A DNA stretch of 64,000 nucleotides from Squalus acanthias. Lineage: Eukaryota. Below, piece after piece: positions 13,001-25,475 of this stretch (the first letter of the stretch is position 1; every line of letters starts with the position of its first letter). Under the pieces are notes generated by a model, which saw nothing but the letters and a program-made list of their open reading frames with translations, ran no database searches and was not told the DNA's origin. The position numbers were made by a program, and so were the translations under genes. The stretch is taken from contig CM059431.1 in NCBI GenBank assembly GCA_030390025.1, positions 135,720,001-135,784,000 on the forward strand. The letters are read 5' to 3'.

Positions 13001-13489
13001 TAATGTCTCAACACAGGCTTATTAAGTCAAGATGGCCCCTATTTATTTTGAGAATAGCTGAAGATGTTTTCATTAAACCCACATCTGAAGGAAGGAGGAG
13101 AGGTAGCCGGTTTTATTTACAGGCCTACTGGCATATCATTGATTGGAGCTAGAGTCAGATGAACAGCCCTCCCACTGGCTGGGAAGGCAGAGTGAAACAG
13201 TTAGTCTGTCAGATAGATGTGGGGAGGAAACCTTGCCTAGTGAGGTAAAACTTGTTTATCTCAAGCTAAGTGCTGATCAGGACAGAAGGTGACTTGAAAA
13301 AATTAAGCAAACCTACTAATAGGGATGGTGTGACGTATTTTATAATTTTTTTTGTTCTCGAGGATGTTTCTGTTGTTAGCAGAATTAAGGTGAGATTTGA
13401 TAATATCTGTTGCTCTGTACATTGACTTGCTGTCCGTAAAATAGACCAGTCTAGCAATTTGTATCTAGCCTTATCTCACTAAAATGTTT

Positions 13490-13892
13490 CATAAGAACTT
13501 AAGAACATAAGAAATAGAAGCAGGAGTAGGCCATTTGGCCCTCTGCCATTCAATAAGATCATGGCTGATCTTCTACCTCATCTCCACTTTCCTGTACTAT
13601 CCCCATATCCCTTGATTCCCTTAATATTCAAAAATCTATTGATCTCTGTCTTGAATATTGAGCCTCCATAGCTCTCTGGGGTAGAGAATTCCAAAGATTC
13701 ACCACCCTCTGAGTGAAGAAATTTTTCCTCATCTCAGTCCTAAATGACTGACCCCTTATTCTGAGACTGTGACCCCTGGTTCTAGACTCCCCAGCCAGGG
13801 GAAACATCCTCCCTGCATCTACCCTGTCAAGCCCTGTAAGAATTTTGTATGTTTCAATGAGATCACCTCTCCTTCTTCTAAACTCTAGAGAA
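13490..13892 (-). mobile_element. CR1 3' fragment
   Basis: (CATAAGAA)n, i.e. a TTCTTATG tail on the minus strand. Reverse strand encodes SLEFRRRRGDLIETYKIL and FFTQRVVNLWN. Confidence 0.9.
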
Positions 13893-14114
13893 AAAGGTTG
13901 AGTAGACTAGGCCTCAATTGATCATTGGAAAGATTGGAAAAGCGCAGCAGAGGGTACGTGCAAAAGACACAATATCCAGTTCAGATCACAAGGGAGTCCC
14001 CCAGGTTACACAATTGTTCAATTAGGTACTGGGTACTACGGGCATACTTCTGAACCTAAGATGCTTGGGCCACTTACAGGAGTTACTAGCACCACTTTAC
14101 TCGAGAAAATATCG

Positions 14115-15415
14115 GCAGACTGGGAACAAGGGAGAATCAGGATGAATATAAAATACAGAGGAGAAGTGAAAAAGGAAATAAGAGGGGCAATGAGACAGTA
14201 CAAGAATATATTGGCGGCTAACATAAAGGGGAATCCAAAGGTCCTCTATAGGCATATTAACAGTAAAAGGGGTGTCAGAGGAGTGGTGAGGCCGATTAGG
14301 GACCAAAATGGAGATCTATTGATGGAGGCAGAAGGCATGGCTGAGGTACTAAATGAGTACTTTGCATTGGTGTTTACCAAGGAAGAGGACTTTACCAAAG
14401 CTATGGTAAATGAGGAGGTTTCTGGGATACTGGATGAGATAAAAATAGATAAAGAGGATGTACTGCAAAGGCTGGTGATAATTAAAATGGATACATCACC
14501 CGATCCAGATGAGATGCATCCTAGGTTACTAAGGGAAGTAAGAGTAGAAATTGCGAAGATGCTGGCCAATATCTTCCAATCCTCCTTAGATACAGGGGTG
14601 GTGCCGGAGGACTGGAGGATTGCAAATGTTACACCCTTGTTCAAAAAAGAGGAGAAAGATAAACCTGGTAATTACTGGCCAGTCAGTTTAATGTCACTGT
14701 TGGGGGAAGCTTTGAGAAACAATAATCCGAGAGAAAATTAACAGCCACTTGGACAAACAGGGACTAATAAAGGAGAGCATGGATTTGTTAAAGGCAAATC
14801 GTGTTTAACTAAGTTTATTGAGTTTTTTGATGAGGTAACAGAAAGAGTGGATGAGGGCAGAGCAGTTGATGTTGTATATATGGACTTTCAAAAGGCATTT
14901 GATAAAGTGCCACATGCTAGGCTTGTTAGCAATGTTGAAGCCCATGGGATAAAAGGGGCAGTAGCAGCATGGATACAAAATTGGCAAAGGGATAGAAAAC
15001 AGAGAGTTGTGGTGAATGGTTGTTTTTTGGACTGGAGGGAGGTATACAGTGGCGTTCCCCAAGGTTCACTACTAGGACCACTGCTGTTCTTGATATATAT
15101 TAATGACTTGGACTTGGGTGTACAGGGCACAATTTTGAAATTTGAAGATGACACAGAACTTGGAAGTGTAATAAACAGTGAGGAAGATAGTAATAGACTT
15201 CAAGAGGTCATAGATCGGCTGGTGGAATGGGCGGACACATGGCAGATAAAATTCAACGCAGATAAGTGAAGTGATACATTTTGGAAAGAAAAATGAGGAG
15301 TGGCAATATAAATTAAATGGTAAAATTTTAAAGTGGGTGGAGGAACAGCGAAACCTGGGGTTTCACAAACACAAATGATGATGGGACAAGTTGAGAAGGC
15401 TGTTAAAAAATCTGA
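14115..15415 (+). mobile_element. CR1 internal fragment, degenerate RT
   Basis: ORFs 14061-14741 and 14847-15269 with VVPEDWRIANV, DFQKAFDKV and GVPQGS. Confidence 0.92.
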
Positions 15416-16507
15416 AAACGTTTCTTGGAATGTTTCTACTGCTGATATTAAATTGTCTGTAATTCCGCGACTCATGTTTCAGTTTTTTCCTGCATTCAGG
15501 AATATGTGAGCCACCCTCATCAGGTACAAATTAACTGGATAGTGCTCAGGACTGGGAACTTGTTTAGCAACCATGGAACCATAGCTCAGATTTCAAGAGA
15601 GGTGGGGAGAGACTTGGGAAAATCAATTGCTCATTCTGTTTAATGTGTTTCTTGTACAAGAAAGTTTTTGTAGTACATCAGACCAAGAGCTCTAAGTAAC
15701 ACCCCCCTGGATGTTGGGTGAGAATATGATAGAACTTGGCTGTAATGTTCTCTACCAACAGTTACATGCTTCTAAGTTATCTTTGTTGTGTTACTTGAAC
15801 ATTTACCTCCTGATTTGTTGATATGCTGTTCACCTCAAGGTAGTTTCCTTCAGCCTGGAGTGCTCATGTAAGTGTAGCTCTGGGTTTCTCTATAACCACT
15901 GGCCCAACAATTCTGTGACCAATTAACAAGAGACAAATTTATAAAGGGATATGATCGGTACAAGTGGAAAAGGTAGAAGCAATGGAAGGGGTGAAAATTG
16001 ATAGACAGGATGTCCTAGAAAGACCGGGTATGCTTAGAGTGGATAAGTCATCTGGTCCAGATGGCTTGCATCCCAGGTTGCCAAGGGAATTGTGGGGGGG
16101 AGATAGCGGAAGCGCTTGCCATAATTTTCCAATCTTCTCTAGATGAGGGGGAGGTGCCTGAGGATTGGAAAGTGGCAAATGTGACACCATTGTTCAAGAA
16201 AGGGTGTAAGGACAATCCTAGTAACTACAGGCCGGTCAGTTTAACATCAGTGGTGGGTAAAGTTTTAGAAATAATAATCAAGAAAAAAATTAACGGGCTC
16301 TTGGAGAGGTTTAAGCTAATTAAGGAGAGCCAACACGGATTTGTAAAAGGCAGATCATGTTTGACTAATCTAATTGAATTTTTTGATGAAGTATCAGGGG
16401 GGATTGATAAAGGGAATGCAATGGATGTTGTCTACGTGGAATTTAGGAAGGCGTTTGACAAAGTGCCATATAGAAGGTTGGTTGACAAAGTTAAGGCTCA
16501 TGGAATA

Positions 16508-18141
16508 CTTCTCTTCTTAGGCAGTCCCTCGGAACCGAGGATGACTTGCTTCCACATTAAAAATGAGTTCTCAGGTAACTGATGAGTCTAATGTGGGACC
16601 TACAGTCTCTGTCACAGGTGGGGCAGACGATGGTTGAAGGGGCGGGTGGGTGGGGTGCTTGGGTTGACGTGCGCTCCTTGCGCTTGGCTTCCGCTTGCTC
16701 CCGGCGAAGAGACTCGAGGTGTTCGGCGCCTTCCCGGATGCTTCTCCTCCACTTTGTGCGGTCTTGGGCCAGGGATTCCCAGGTGTCAGTGGGGATGTTG
16801 CACTTTTTCAAGGAGGCTTTGAGGGTGTCCTTGAAGCATTTTCTCTGCCCACCTGGGGCTCTCCTGCCCTGTTGGAGCTCCGAGTAGAGCACTTGTTTTG
16901 GGAGTCTCGTATCGGGCATGCGGACGATGAGACCCGTCCATCGGTGCTGATCGAGCGTGGTCAAAGCTTCGATGCTGGGGATGTTGGTTTTGAGCGAGAA
17001 CACTGACGTTGGTGCACCTATCCTGCCACTGGATTTGCAGAATCTTGCGGAGGCAGCGTTGGTGGTACCTCTCCAGTGCTTTGAGGTGCCTGCTGTACGT
17101 GGTCCATGTCTCTGAGGCGTACAGAGGCGAGTATCACTGCTGCTCTGTAGACCATGAGCTTAGTGCCGGGTTTGAGGTCCTGGTCTTCCGAAGGCTGCAC
17201 TGGCACACTGAAGGCGGTGTTGGACTTCGTCATCGACATCTGCCCTTGTTGACAGTAGGTTCCCGAGGTATGGAAAGTGGTCCACGTTGTCCAAGGCCTT
17301 GTCGTGGATTTTGATAATCGGGGGGGCAGTACTGTGTGGTGGGGGCAGGTTGGTAGAGGACCTTTGTCTTACGGATGTTTAGTGTAAGGCCCATGCTCTC
17401 GTATGCTTTGGTGAAGGTGTTGACGATAGTTTGGAGTTCCACCTCTGAATGAGCGCAGACGCAAGCGTCGTCTGCATACTGTAATTCGACGACAGAGGAT
17501 GGGGCGACCTTGGATCTGGACTGGAGGCGACGGAGGTTGAACAGTTTCCCGTTTGTTCTGTAAATTAGCTCCACTCCAGCGGGGAGCTTACTGAGGGTGA
17601 GATGAAGCATTGCAGCCAGGAAGATCGAGAAGAGCGTTGGTGCGATGACACAGCCTTGCTTGACCCTGGTCCGTACATGAATTGGGTCTAATGTGCAACC
17701 GTTGGTCAGGATCATGGCTTGCATGTCGTTGTGAAGCAGGCGGAAGATGGTGACAAACTTTTGAGGGTAGCCGAATTTGAGGAGCACACTCCATACTCCT
17801 TCATGGTTGACAGTGTCGAAGGCCTTTGTGAGATCAAAGAAGGCCATGTACAGGGTTGGTGCTGTTCCCTGCATTTCTCTTGTAATTGACGTGCGGTGAA
17901 GATCATGTCCATTGTGCCCCTTAGTCGGCGGAATCCGCATTGCGACTCTGGGAGGAGCTCTTCGGCCACTGGGAATAGACGATTGAGGAGGATTCTTGCG
18001 ATGACTTTCCCTGTGGCAGACAGCAGGAAAACTCCTCTGTAATTACCGCAATTGGACTTGTCATCTTTCTTGAAGATGGTCACAATTACAGCATCTCTGA
18101 GATCCCCTGGCATGCTCTCCTCCTTCCAGATAAGAGAAATT
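16508..18141 (-). mobile_element. RTE-clade LINE, 5'-truncated
   Basis: Minus ORFs: NYRGVFLLS, QCGFR, DLTKAFDTV, VKQGCVIAP, LQYADD, RWTG..RM.D.RLPKQ and a C-terminal CPTC zinc knuckle. AAG-type tail. GAATA duplication at 16503-07 and 18142-46. Confidence 0.9.
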
Positions 18142-19094
18142 GAATAGGTGGGTCAGTGGCAGCTTGGATAAGGAATTGGCTTAAGGATAGAAAACAGCGA
18201 GTTGTGGTAAATGGCTGTTTTTCAGACTGGAGGATGGTAGACAGTGGTGTTCCCCAAGGGTCAGTGCTGGGGCCACTGCTTTTTGTGATATGTATAAATG
18301 ACCTGGATATTGGAATACAGAGTAGAATTTCTAAATTTGCCGATGACACCAAACTTGGGGGTGTGGCAAACAGTGAGGATGATACCAATCAACTGCAGCA
18401 GGACATAGAAAGGCTAGCAGAATGGGCAGACAAGTGGCAGATGGATTTTAATACAGAGAAGTGTGAGGTGATGCATTTTGGCAGAAGGAACAGGGAGAGG
18501 CAATATACACTTAATGGCACAGTTTTAAAGAGTTTGCAGGGACAGAGGGTCCTGGGAGTTAATGTGCATAGGTCCCTGAAGGTGACAGGACATACTGAAA
18601 GAGTGGTTAGCAAAGCATTTGGGATCTTGGGCTTCATAAATAGAGGTATTGAGTACAAAAGTAGATAAGTTATGCTGAACCTTTATAAAGCACTGGTTAG
18701 GCCGCAACTGGAGTATTGCATCCAGTTCTGGTCACCACACTTTAGGAAGGATGTGAAGGCACTTGAGAGGGTGTAGAGGAGATTTACCAGAATGGTTCTG
18801 GGGATGGGAGATCTTAGCTACAAGGACAAGTTGGAGAAGCTGGATTTGTTTTCATTAGAGCAAAGGAGGTTGAGGGGTGATTTGATAGAGGTGTACAAGA
18901 TTATGACGGGTTTGGATAGGCTAGACGGGGAAAGGCTGTCCCCACTAATTAATGGTACAAGGACTAGGGGACACAGATTTAAGGTTTTGGGCAAGAGATA
19001 CAGGAGGGATGTGAGGAAAATCTTTTTCACGCAGCGAGTGGTGATGACCTGGATCTCGCTGCCGACAGAATTGGTGGAAGCGGAGACACTCAAT

Positions 19095-19946
19095 GGCCCT
19101 GAAATTCGCCTCTCCGGCTTGCCGCGGAGGTAAGGATCGCGCGCGCACTTACCTACCGCGCCTGCCATTGTGTTTTGGGCCCACGGGAACTTCAGCTCCT
19201 GGGCCTGCTCCAACTGCGTGCGTGTCCCAGAGGCGCAGTTAGTGCGATGCGTCCCCTGGGATCACGTGGGCCATGGAGAGCCAATGGCAGCAGACCATCT
19301 TTCATTCATAGATTTGACAGGAAGACCTGTCAAATCTGTGAATTGAAATCGGCCCCAAAAGAACAGCTAAACTTAAAATAATTTTTTTTTTAAATCACAT
19401 TTATAAAATAACTATAGTTAAATAAATTAACCACGTTAAACAAAAATTTTAATTTTTGAAAAAATTAAAATACTTTTTAAAAGTGATAAAAATAAACTTA
19501 CCTTTCTTTAAAGTATCTAAAAAAGATAAACCTGTTGAAAAAAAATTTAAATTATACTTAATTAACCACTTACCTTGTTGAAAACGGCTTCTGCGCCTCC
19601 TTGTAACTCTACCTGAGGAAGGGGCGATAGCTCCGAAAGCTTGTAATTTTAAATAAATCTGTTGGACTATAACCTGGTGTTGTGCGACTTCTCATTTTTG
19701 TCCTTTTTATAAGCATTAGTTCTTCAATACTTACCCTCCCGTAGAAATCTGAAAAAAAATTTAAGTTTTCTGCGTGCGCGCAGCCTCTAGCGCGCACGTG
19801 GTTCACCTAGGAACCGCCCCCTTCACCAGACCGGAAGTTCCGGTTTCCCGCGCATGCGCAGTGCATGCAGGAAACCGGCACTTCGGAACGCCTTACGGGT
19901 GAGTACGCACTGTGTACTCACCCGGGAAGGGCCGAATTTTTGGCCC
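19095..19946. mobile_element. Harbinger-type MITE family B, copy 1 (GC-rich ends, AT-rich core)
   Basis: TIR GGCCCTGAAATTCG / CGAATTTTTGGCCC, TSD AAT (19092-94, 19947-49). Homologous to 32531-33306. Confidence 0.9.
19610..19645 (+). ncRNA. Minimal type I hammerhead ribozyme motif in a Penelope-type fragment (about 19605-19698)
   Basis: TAC-CTGAGGA-A-[GGGGC GATA GCTCC]-GAAA-GC-TT-GTA: conserved core, stem II, palindromic AAGCTT stem III and a 3-bp stem I. Followed by AATAAA. Absent from the sister MITE copy. Confidence 0.7.
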
Positions 19947-20199
19947 AATGTTTTCAAGGGGAGACTGGATAGGCACTTGAGGGAAATAAACTTGCAGGGC
20001 TACTGGGATAGAGCGGGGCAATGGGACTGACTGGATCGCTCCACAGAGAGCTGGCACGGACTCGATGGGCCGAATGGCCTCCTTCTGTGCCGTTTTGACT
20101 CTATGATACACTGGGACCTTTCATGCTCCCTCTGAATCTGTGAAATTTGAATGGCAATCACACTTGGAACTTGTCTGCAATCTTTACATTTTGAAGTAA

Positions 20200-21100
20200 A
20201 TGGGGGTTATTTTGGTGAAAGGATGAGAACAGATGCCAAGTGGGTGCAGTGCTAACAAGATAGGCCTGTTTGAAAGTCTGGTTTTCGCATGCAATTTTAG
20301 GCCTCATTGTTGATTACCATAATTTGAACTTGCCTGGAGGCTAAAACAGACACCTGCAGGTTTAGCACTGAAGTGCTGATTAGAAGCAATTTTCATGGAG
20401 CGCTATAGATGGGCTCCTCGCACCCACTTCCACTGAATGTGTGGAGTGCACTGGTTGACACACAATGGCAGGTTTCAGGATAGCTCAAGGACCAAGGGGG
20501 AGGGCGCACATGTTCCCGGACTTGACAATGGAGGTGTTGGTGGAGGAGATCCAGAGGAGTAGGGATGTCCTGTGCCTGAAGGGGGGAAGGAGTCCACCTC
20601 TCTCCTGCAGCAGCTGGTGCTGCTCTGCCTGGCCTCATGTCCTCCTCCCATGCCTCCAGGGGGACTCCAGCAAGGTGCCGATGACCAAGCACTCCCTTTC
20701 TCCTGGTGTCTAATAAGGTGGAGTAGCACAGCACTCACTTTTTGTAGGTGAAGTCCTCAGAGAATTTCCAGAATAAATGCTGATAGAATGTTGGTGAAAT
20801 CTTGACAAACAGTCCTAGAAAGTCTCCTGATGTGTTCAAAAGTCCTCTTTAAACCTCCAGCATCAAGTTAAAAGTAAAAGTTGAGGATGCCTTTAATTAG
20901 CAGTCAAAATCCTCAGCAACGACTTGTTTACTCCTATTCAGCTGGTTGCTGTTAGAGGGCTTCGGTCAAACGCTATCCACCAAAATGCTGTGCAGCCTCT
21001 TTAATGAGTGCTAGCTCTCAATTTTAAGTGGCAATCAGCACCTTAATGACCCTCAGGGCAGTCATTCCTAGCTTCAATTCCTTTACCAAGATGGTGTCTT
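20200..21100. mobile_element. Internally deleted Harbinger remnant (Myb N-terminus on + fused to a probable transposase 5' region on -)
   Basis: ORF 20465 (RGRAHMFPDLTMEVLVEEIQRSRDVL) resembles the other Myb exon 1 copies. Starts with GGGGGTTATTTTGG. Confidence 0.55.
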
Positions 21101-21111
21101 ATGTTAAACGC

Positions 21112-22760
21112 ATGGTGTATATGGACTTCCAAAAGGCATTCAACAAAATGTCATATATAAGCTTGCCAGCACAGTTGAAGCCCATGGAATAAAAGGGACT
21201 GTGGCAGCATGGATACAAAATTGGCTAAGTGACAGGAAACAGAGAGTAGTGGAGAACGATTTTTTTTCGGACTGGTGGAAGGTATACAGTGGTGTTCCCC
21301 AGGGGTCGGTACTAGGACCACTGTTTCTCGTGATATATATTAATGACTTGGACTTGGGTGTACAGGGCACAATTTCAAAATTTGCAGGTGACACAAAACT
21401 TGTAAGTATAGTGAACAGTGAGGAGAATAGTTATAGACTTCAAGAGGACATAGACAGGCTGGTGAAATGGGTGGACACGTGGCAGATGAAATTTAATGCA
21501 GAAAAGTGCGAAGTGACACATTTTGGTAGGAAGAACAAGGAAAGGCAATATAAACTAAAGGGGGTGCATAAACAGAGAGACCTGGGGGTATATGTGCACA
21601 AATCGTTGAAGGTGGCAGGACAGGTTGAGAAAGAGGTTAAAAAAGCATACGGATCCTAGGCTTTACAAATAGAGGCATAGGGCTCGATTTTGCCAGGCCC
21701 GAGGAGGCAGGAATGGAGGTGTGTGGGGGGTTAAAATTGCAAAAAATGGCGGGCAGGCCCGACCCCACCTCTGAGCAATTTTCCCAAATGCGTGGTTTCT
21801 GATCTCGTCTCAGTCCCGCCTCCAAGAGGCGGGATAGGCCCTTAACAACCACTTAATTGCCTCTATAATCCCATTTTGAGAGGCCTTTCTGATCCTCCTC
21901 CCACTCCTCCCCCTCCTCCCACTCCCAGCAAAGGCCAAAAGCTTCCCAGTCTTTGCAGACCTTACATGCAGCAGGCGACTTTCAGACTGAAAACACTAAT
22001 TTGGTCAGGGGTTCCCACATGCTAGAACTCAATTGCCCAATTAGGGGGAAATCGAATAATTCTCCCACATCCAATTGGAGTCGGGTGGCTAACACGAAAA
22101 GTGGATGACACGACCCCAGCCCGCCCCACTGACAAAATCCAGCCTATAGATTACAAAAGCAAGGAAGTTATGATGAACCTTTATAAAACACTGGTTTGGC
22201 CTCAACTAGAGTATTCTGTTCAATTCTGGGCACCAAACTTTAGGAAGGATGTGAAGGCCTTAGAGAAGGTGCAGAAAAGATTTACAAGAATGGTTCCAGG
22301 GATGAGGGACTTCAGTTACGTGGATAGACTGGAGAAGCTGGGGTTATTCTCTTTAGAGCAGAGAAGGTTGAGAGGAGATTTGATAGAGATGTTCAAAATC
22401 ATGAGGGGTCTGGACAGCGTAGATAGAAAGAAACTGTTCCCATTGGCAGAAGGGTCGAGAACCAGAGGACACAGATTTAAGGTGATTGGCAGAAGAACCA
22501 AAGGCGACATGAGGAAAAACATTTTTACGCAGCGAGTGGTTATGATCTGGAATGCACTGCCTGAAAGGGTGGTGGAGGCAAATTCAGTTGTGGCTTTCAA
22601 AGGGAATTGGATAAGTACCTGAAGGGAAAAAAATTGCCGGGCTACGGGGAAAGGGCGGGGGAGTGGGACTAGCTGAAGTGCTCTTGCAGAGAGCCAGCCT
22701 GGGCTCGACGGGCCGAATGGCCTCCTTCTGTGCTATAAACATTTTATGATTCTATGATTA
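21112..22760 (+). mobile_element. CR1 3' portion, interrupted by a MITE
   Basis: ORFs 21201-21659 and 22149-22622 rejoin as RGI|DYKS. TTCTATGA tail at about 22743-22760. Confidence 0.93.
21680..22145. mobile_element. Harbinger-type MITE related to family C
   Basis: TIR GGGCTCGATTTTG / CAAAATCCAGCCT, TSD ATA (21677-79, 22146-48). Right half resembles 35050-35226. Confidence 0.88.
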
Positions 22761-22809
22761 TGCAGGCGGTGCAAATCAAAGCCCCAACTTGGCCACCTCA
22801 GATCTCTTT

Positions 22810-24537
22810 GGGCGCGATTTTCACCAGTTTCTTTAGGCACTAAAGTATTTTCTCACACATTCGCCGCGATGTTGCTGGCACCCAGCAGACCCGATTGGTG
22901 GCGAGTCAGCTGTGAAATTTTAAATGATTGACAGTGGGTCAGGAACACCTGCATTTCCCGATGTCGAGTCTATCAGCGCTGAGCAGACCCGACCAACAGC
23001 AGCAGGGGACCTCATTCAAATCATTAGTGGCTTGCTTACTGCTACTTAACACCACTTTTTTTCCCAGCTTTTTACCTTTCACAGGTCTCCCATGGGTTTC
23101 CCGCTGTGCCTAGACATCATCAGTGAAGCTGAGGTGGGAGGTCAGTGGCCATTGAATCAGCTGATGAGTTGACAGCTTCAAATGTCAATTCAAATCTCCC
23201 AGCTGATTCAGATATCTTCCCTTAAGCACCAGCATCTCTAAACTGCATTTCCACTACAGATTCAGGATGCTGCAAGTCTTTACACAAGTCTCCATGCAGT
23301 CTGACCTCATTACCTTTCCCACCATTGACAGATCGCTTCTGTCATCTCTGCATCACCTGCCATCTATTCCATCAACATGGGTACAATTCAAACTCTCTCA
23401 CCTTTGTCCTCAGAATATGACCACGTTCAGCCCCAACACCAGCATCACCAACAACCACACCAACCTTCTCTGCAATCACCTGATGCTGCACAGGACAGAG
23501 GACATCAGTACCCGACCACATTGTTACCCGGATGGCCTCACCATGGCCAGATTTACTTCACTTGACGCTGCACACATGATGCGCCAGTTTGGCACCACCT
23601 CACACCAACACCATAAAGCATCCCTACAATGTCCAAGCCATTCCTTTCACACTCATCACCATTGTGGGGGGTACCGTTATGTCTCACCATTCACTACAAC
23701 TCACTAAGCCACTTCCAAAGGTGCACACAAATCTGTGCAAGAGAGCAAAGTGTTGAAAATAAAGATTTCAATGTTTGACAGCACATTAACAGAACCTTCA
23801 CATGAACATTGGCTAAAACCCACAAGTGCCTCCCCTTATGTTTTGTTAATTGGTATGATTGGACTAGGATGAGGTTGAGTGTGAGCGGTGGCTAGTGAGA
23901 TGGGGAAGTGATAATGTAGATAGAGAGGGATGGGTGGAGGTGCAAATTAAGTTGGTGTGAGTAAGGATATGCAGGAGTAGGGTAAGGAAGGCAGAGTGAC
24001 GGGGATGTGATGAGTGGCACAGCAGGATGAGGTTGAGTGTGGCTTGGCAGTAACATTTCGTGATCTACTGAGATCTTTGAAAGGTTTGTGCCACTGCAGC
24101 CTGGTCCTCCTGACGACATCCCTGCTTGTGCCCTCCTGTGCAATGTGCAACCAGGCTGCGTTGGTCTCCTGGGGAGCTCTCTTCCGCCCTTTGAAAGGGA
24201 TGAGGACCTCCCTATGTGCTGTGACTCCCTCCATAAGCATATGGAGGGAGTCATGGGAGAGCCTGGGTGCTGCCGTACACCTTTGTGCAGTGTTTGTCGG
24301 TGTTTGCAGCACCTCAATGCTGTAGAACACTGATAAAACAAATGTCAAAATCAATTTGTGCATGGTCCCTTGAAGGAAACTGGCTGATGACGCATCATAA
24401 TTGACATAATTAAATCCACTTCCTTCAATTGGCCGGGAAACTCGCTGGGCGGGCTTAACAAGCCCAATCGGGAAAGTCATGTCGGAGGGCAGGATGGAGC
24501 CGCCATGGACCCGCCGAGCTAGGGAAAATCGCGGCCC
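22810..24537. mobile_element. Non-autonomous Harbinger retaining Myb exon 1 (minus, about 24050-24300)
   Basis: TIR GGGCGCGATTTTC / GAAAATCGCGGCCC. AAPRLSHDSLHMLMEGV..HREVL...W...FKDL. Internal sequence is homologous to 55550-55860 and 57280-57680. Confidence 0.8.
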
Positions 24538-24611
24538 TTAATCCACAGCATCATAATTAGTGTTTGAAAATACATCTCATCAAAATGTGAATGATCCAAA
24601 CAAATGTCTTA

Positions 24612-25315
24612 GGGCGCGAAATTCAGTAGCGCCCCATTTCGGAGCGGTAACGCTGGCAAGGCGGGACATCCTGCGCCTGGCGAGGAAGTCTTGTCCTGGC
24701 CGTGAAATTTACCTTACCGCCCCGCCCAGGAAGTGGAGCGCCATGTCGGGCGCTCCACTTCCTGGTGAGGCAGTAACCGTGGCGATGTCAGGTGCGATCG
24801 GCAGCACTCCGCGGAGGCTCCATGGAGTGCTGCCACGTTTCAACGCCCCTCCCCTCCAGTTAAGGGGAGGGCCACTGCGCACTCTGCAGGGCCTCCGATG
24901 GCCCCAACTAGGCCACCAGGTGCTAGGCCGCGCGTTGGCAGCCAGGACAACGCCACGGCACACCACGGAGGGCCGACCTGGAGGCTGGCCAAAAAACGAA
25001 AATGGTGGCGCGGGCCGCAGTCGCACCTCCCCTTTAATTACCGCCCCGCGAGCGGAGGTCGGCCCAGGCTCGCGACCTGCGAGACTAGCGCTAACACCAC
25101 CCATGGCAGCCTTGTGGGATGCAGCAGAGTTTCTGCCGCGGCGCGGTAAGGGGACACGGCAGTGGCGTGGCAGCCTGGGGAGCTACCGGCAGGGGTGTGG
25201 CACTATCGGGTAGCATCTTAGCAACTCCCCACCGAATTTCGCGCAAGGTGCTTTTTTCGCGCCCCCCCCCCCCCCGGCGATAACGGCAGGTGCAAAGGAG
25301 CCGAATTTCGCCCCC
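24612..25315. mobile_element. GC-rich Harbinger-type MITE
   Basis: TIR GGGCGCGAAATTCAG / CCGAATTTCGCCCCC, TSD TTA (24609-11, 25316-18). Confidence 0.88.
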
Positions 25316-25475
25316 TTAATGTTTTATCCTCTCTTCCTCCTGAAAGCACTCAATCTTGCTGACTATTTGGTCTGTAGCCATTTACTCTAGTACCTCATTC
25401 AAGTGACCATTCTTCATATGTAAGCCAAACAATTGACTACCACCATACTATTTGACCATGGAGGACATGACAGCT

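Larger units (their letters stand above)
15945..20108 (+). mobile_element. CR1 copy interrupted by an RTE (16508-18141) and a MITE (19095-19946)
   Basis: RT segments rejoin as AHGI|GGSVAAW and ETLN|VFKGRLD. The 3' hairpin and a CTCTATGA tail lie at about 20065-20108. Confidence 0.92.

Noticed and set aside
24560..25213. 217-aa GC-rich ORF and CpG-island-like region
   Set aside because: Lies within a TIR/TSD-bounded MITE and has Arg/Pro/Gly-rich composition typical of a non-coding GC-rich frame. Not a host promoter.
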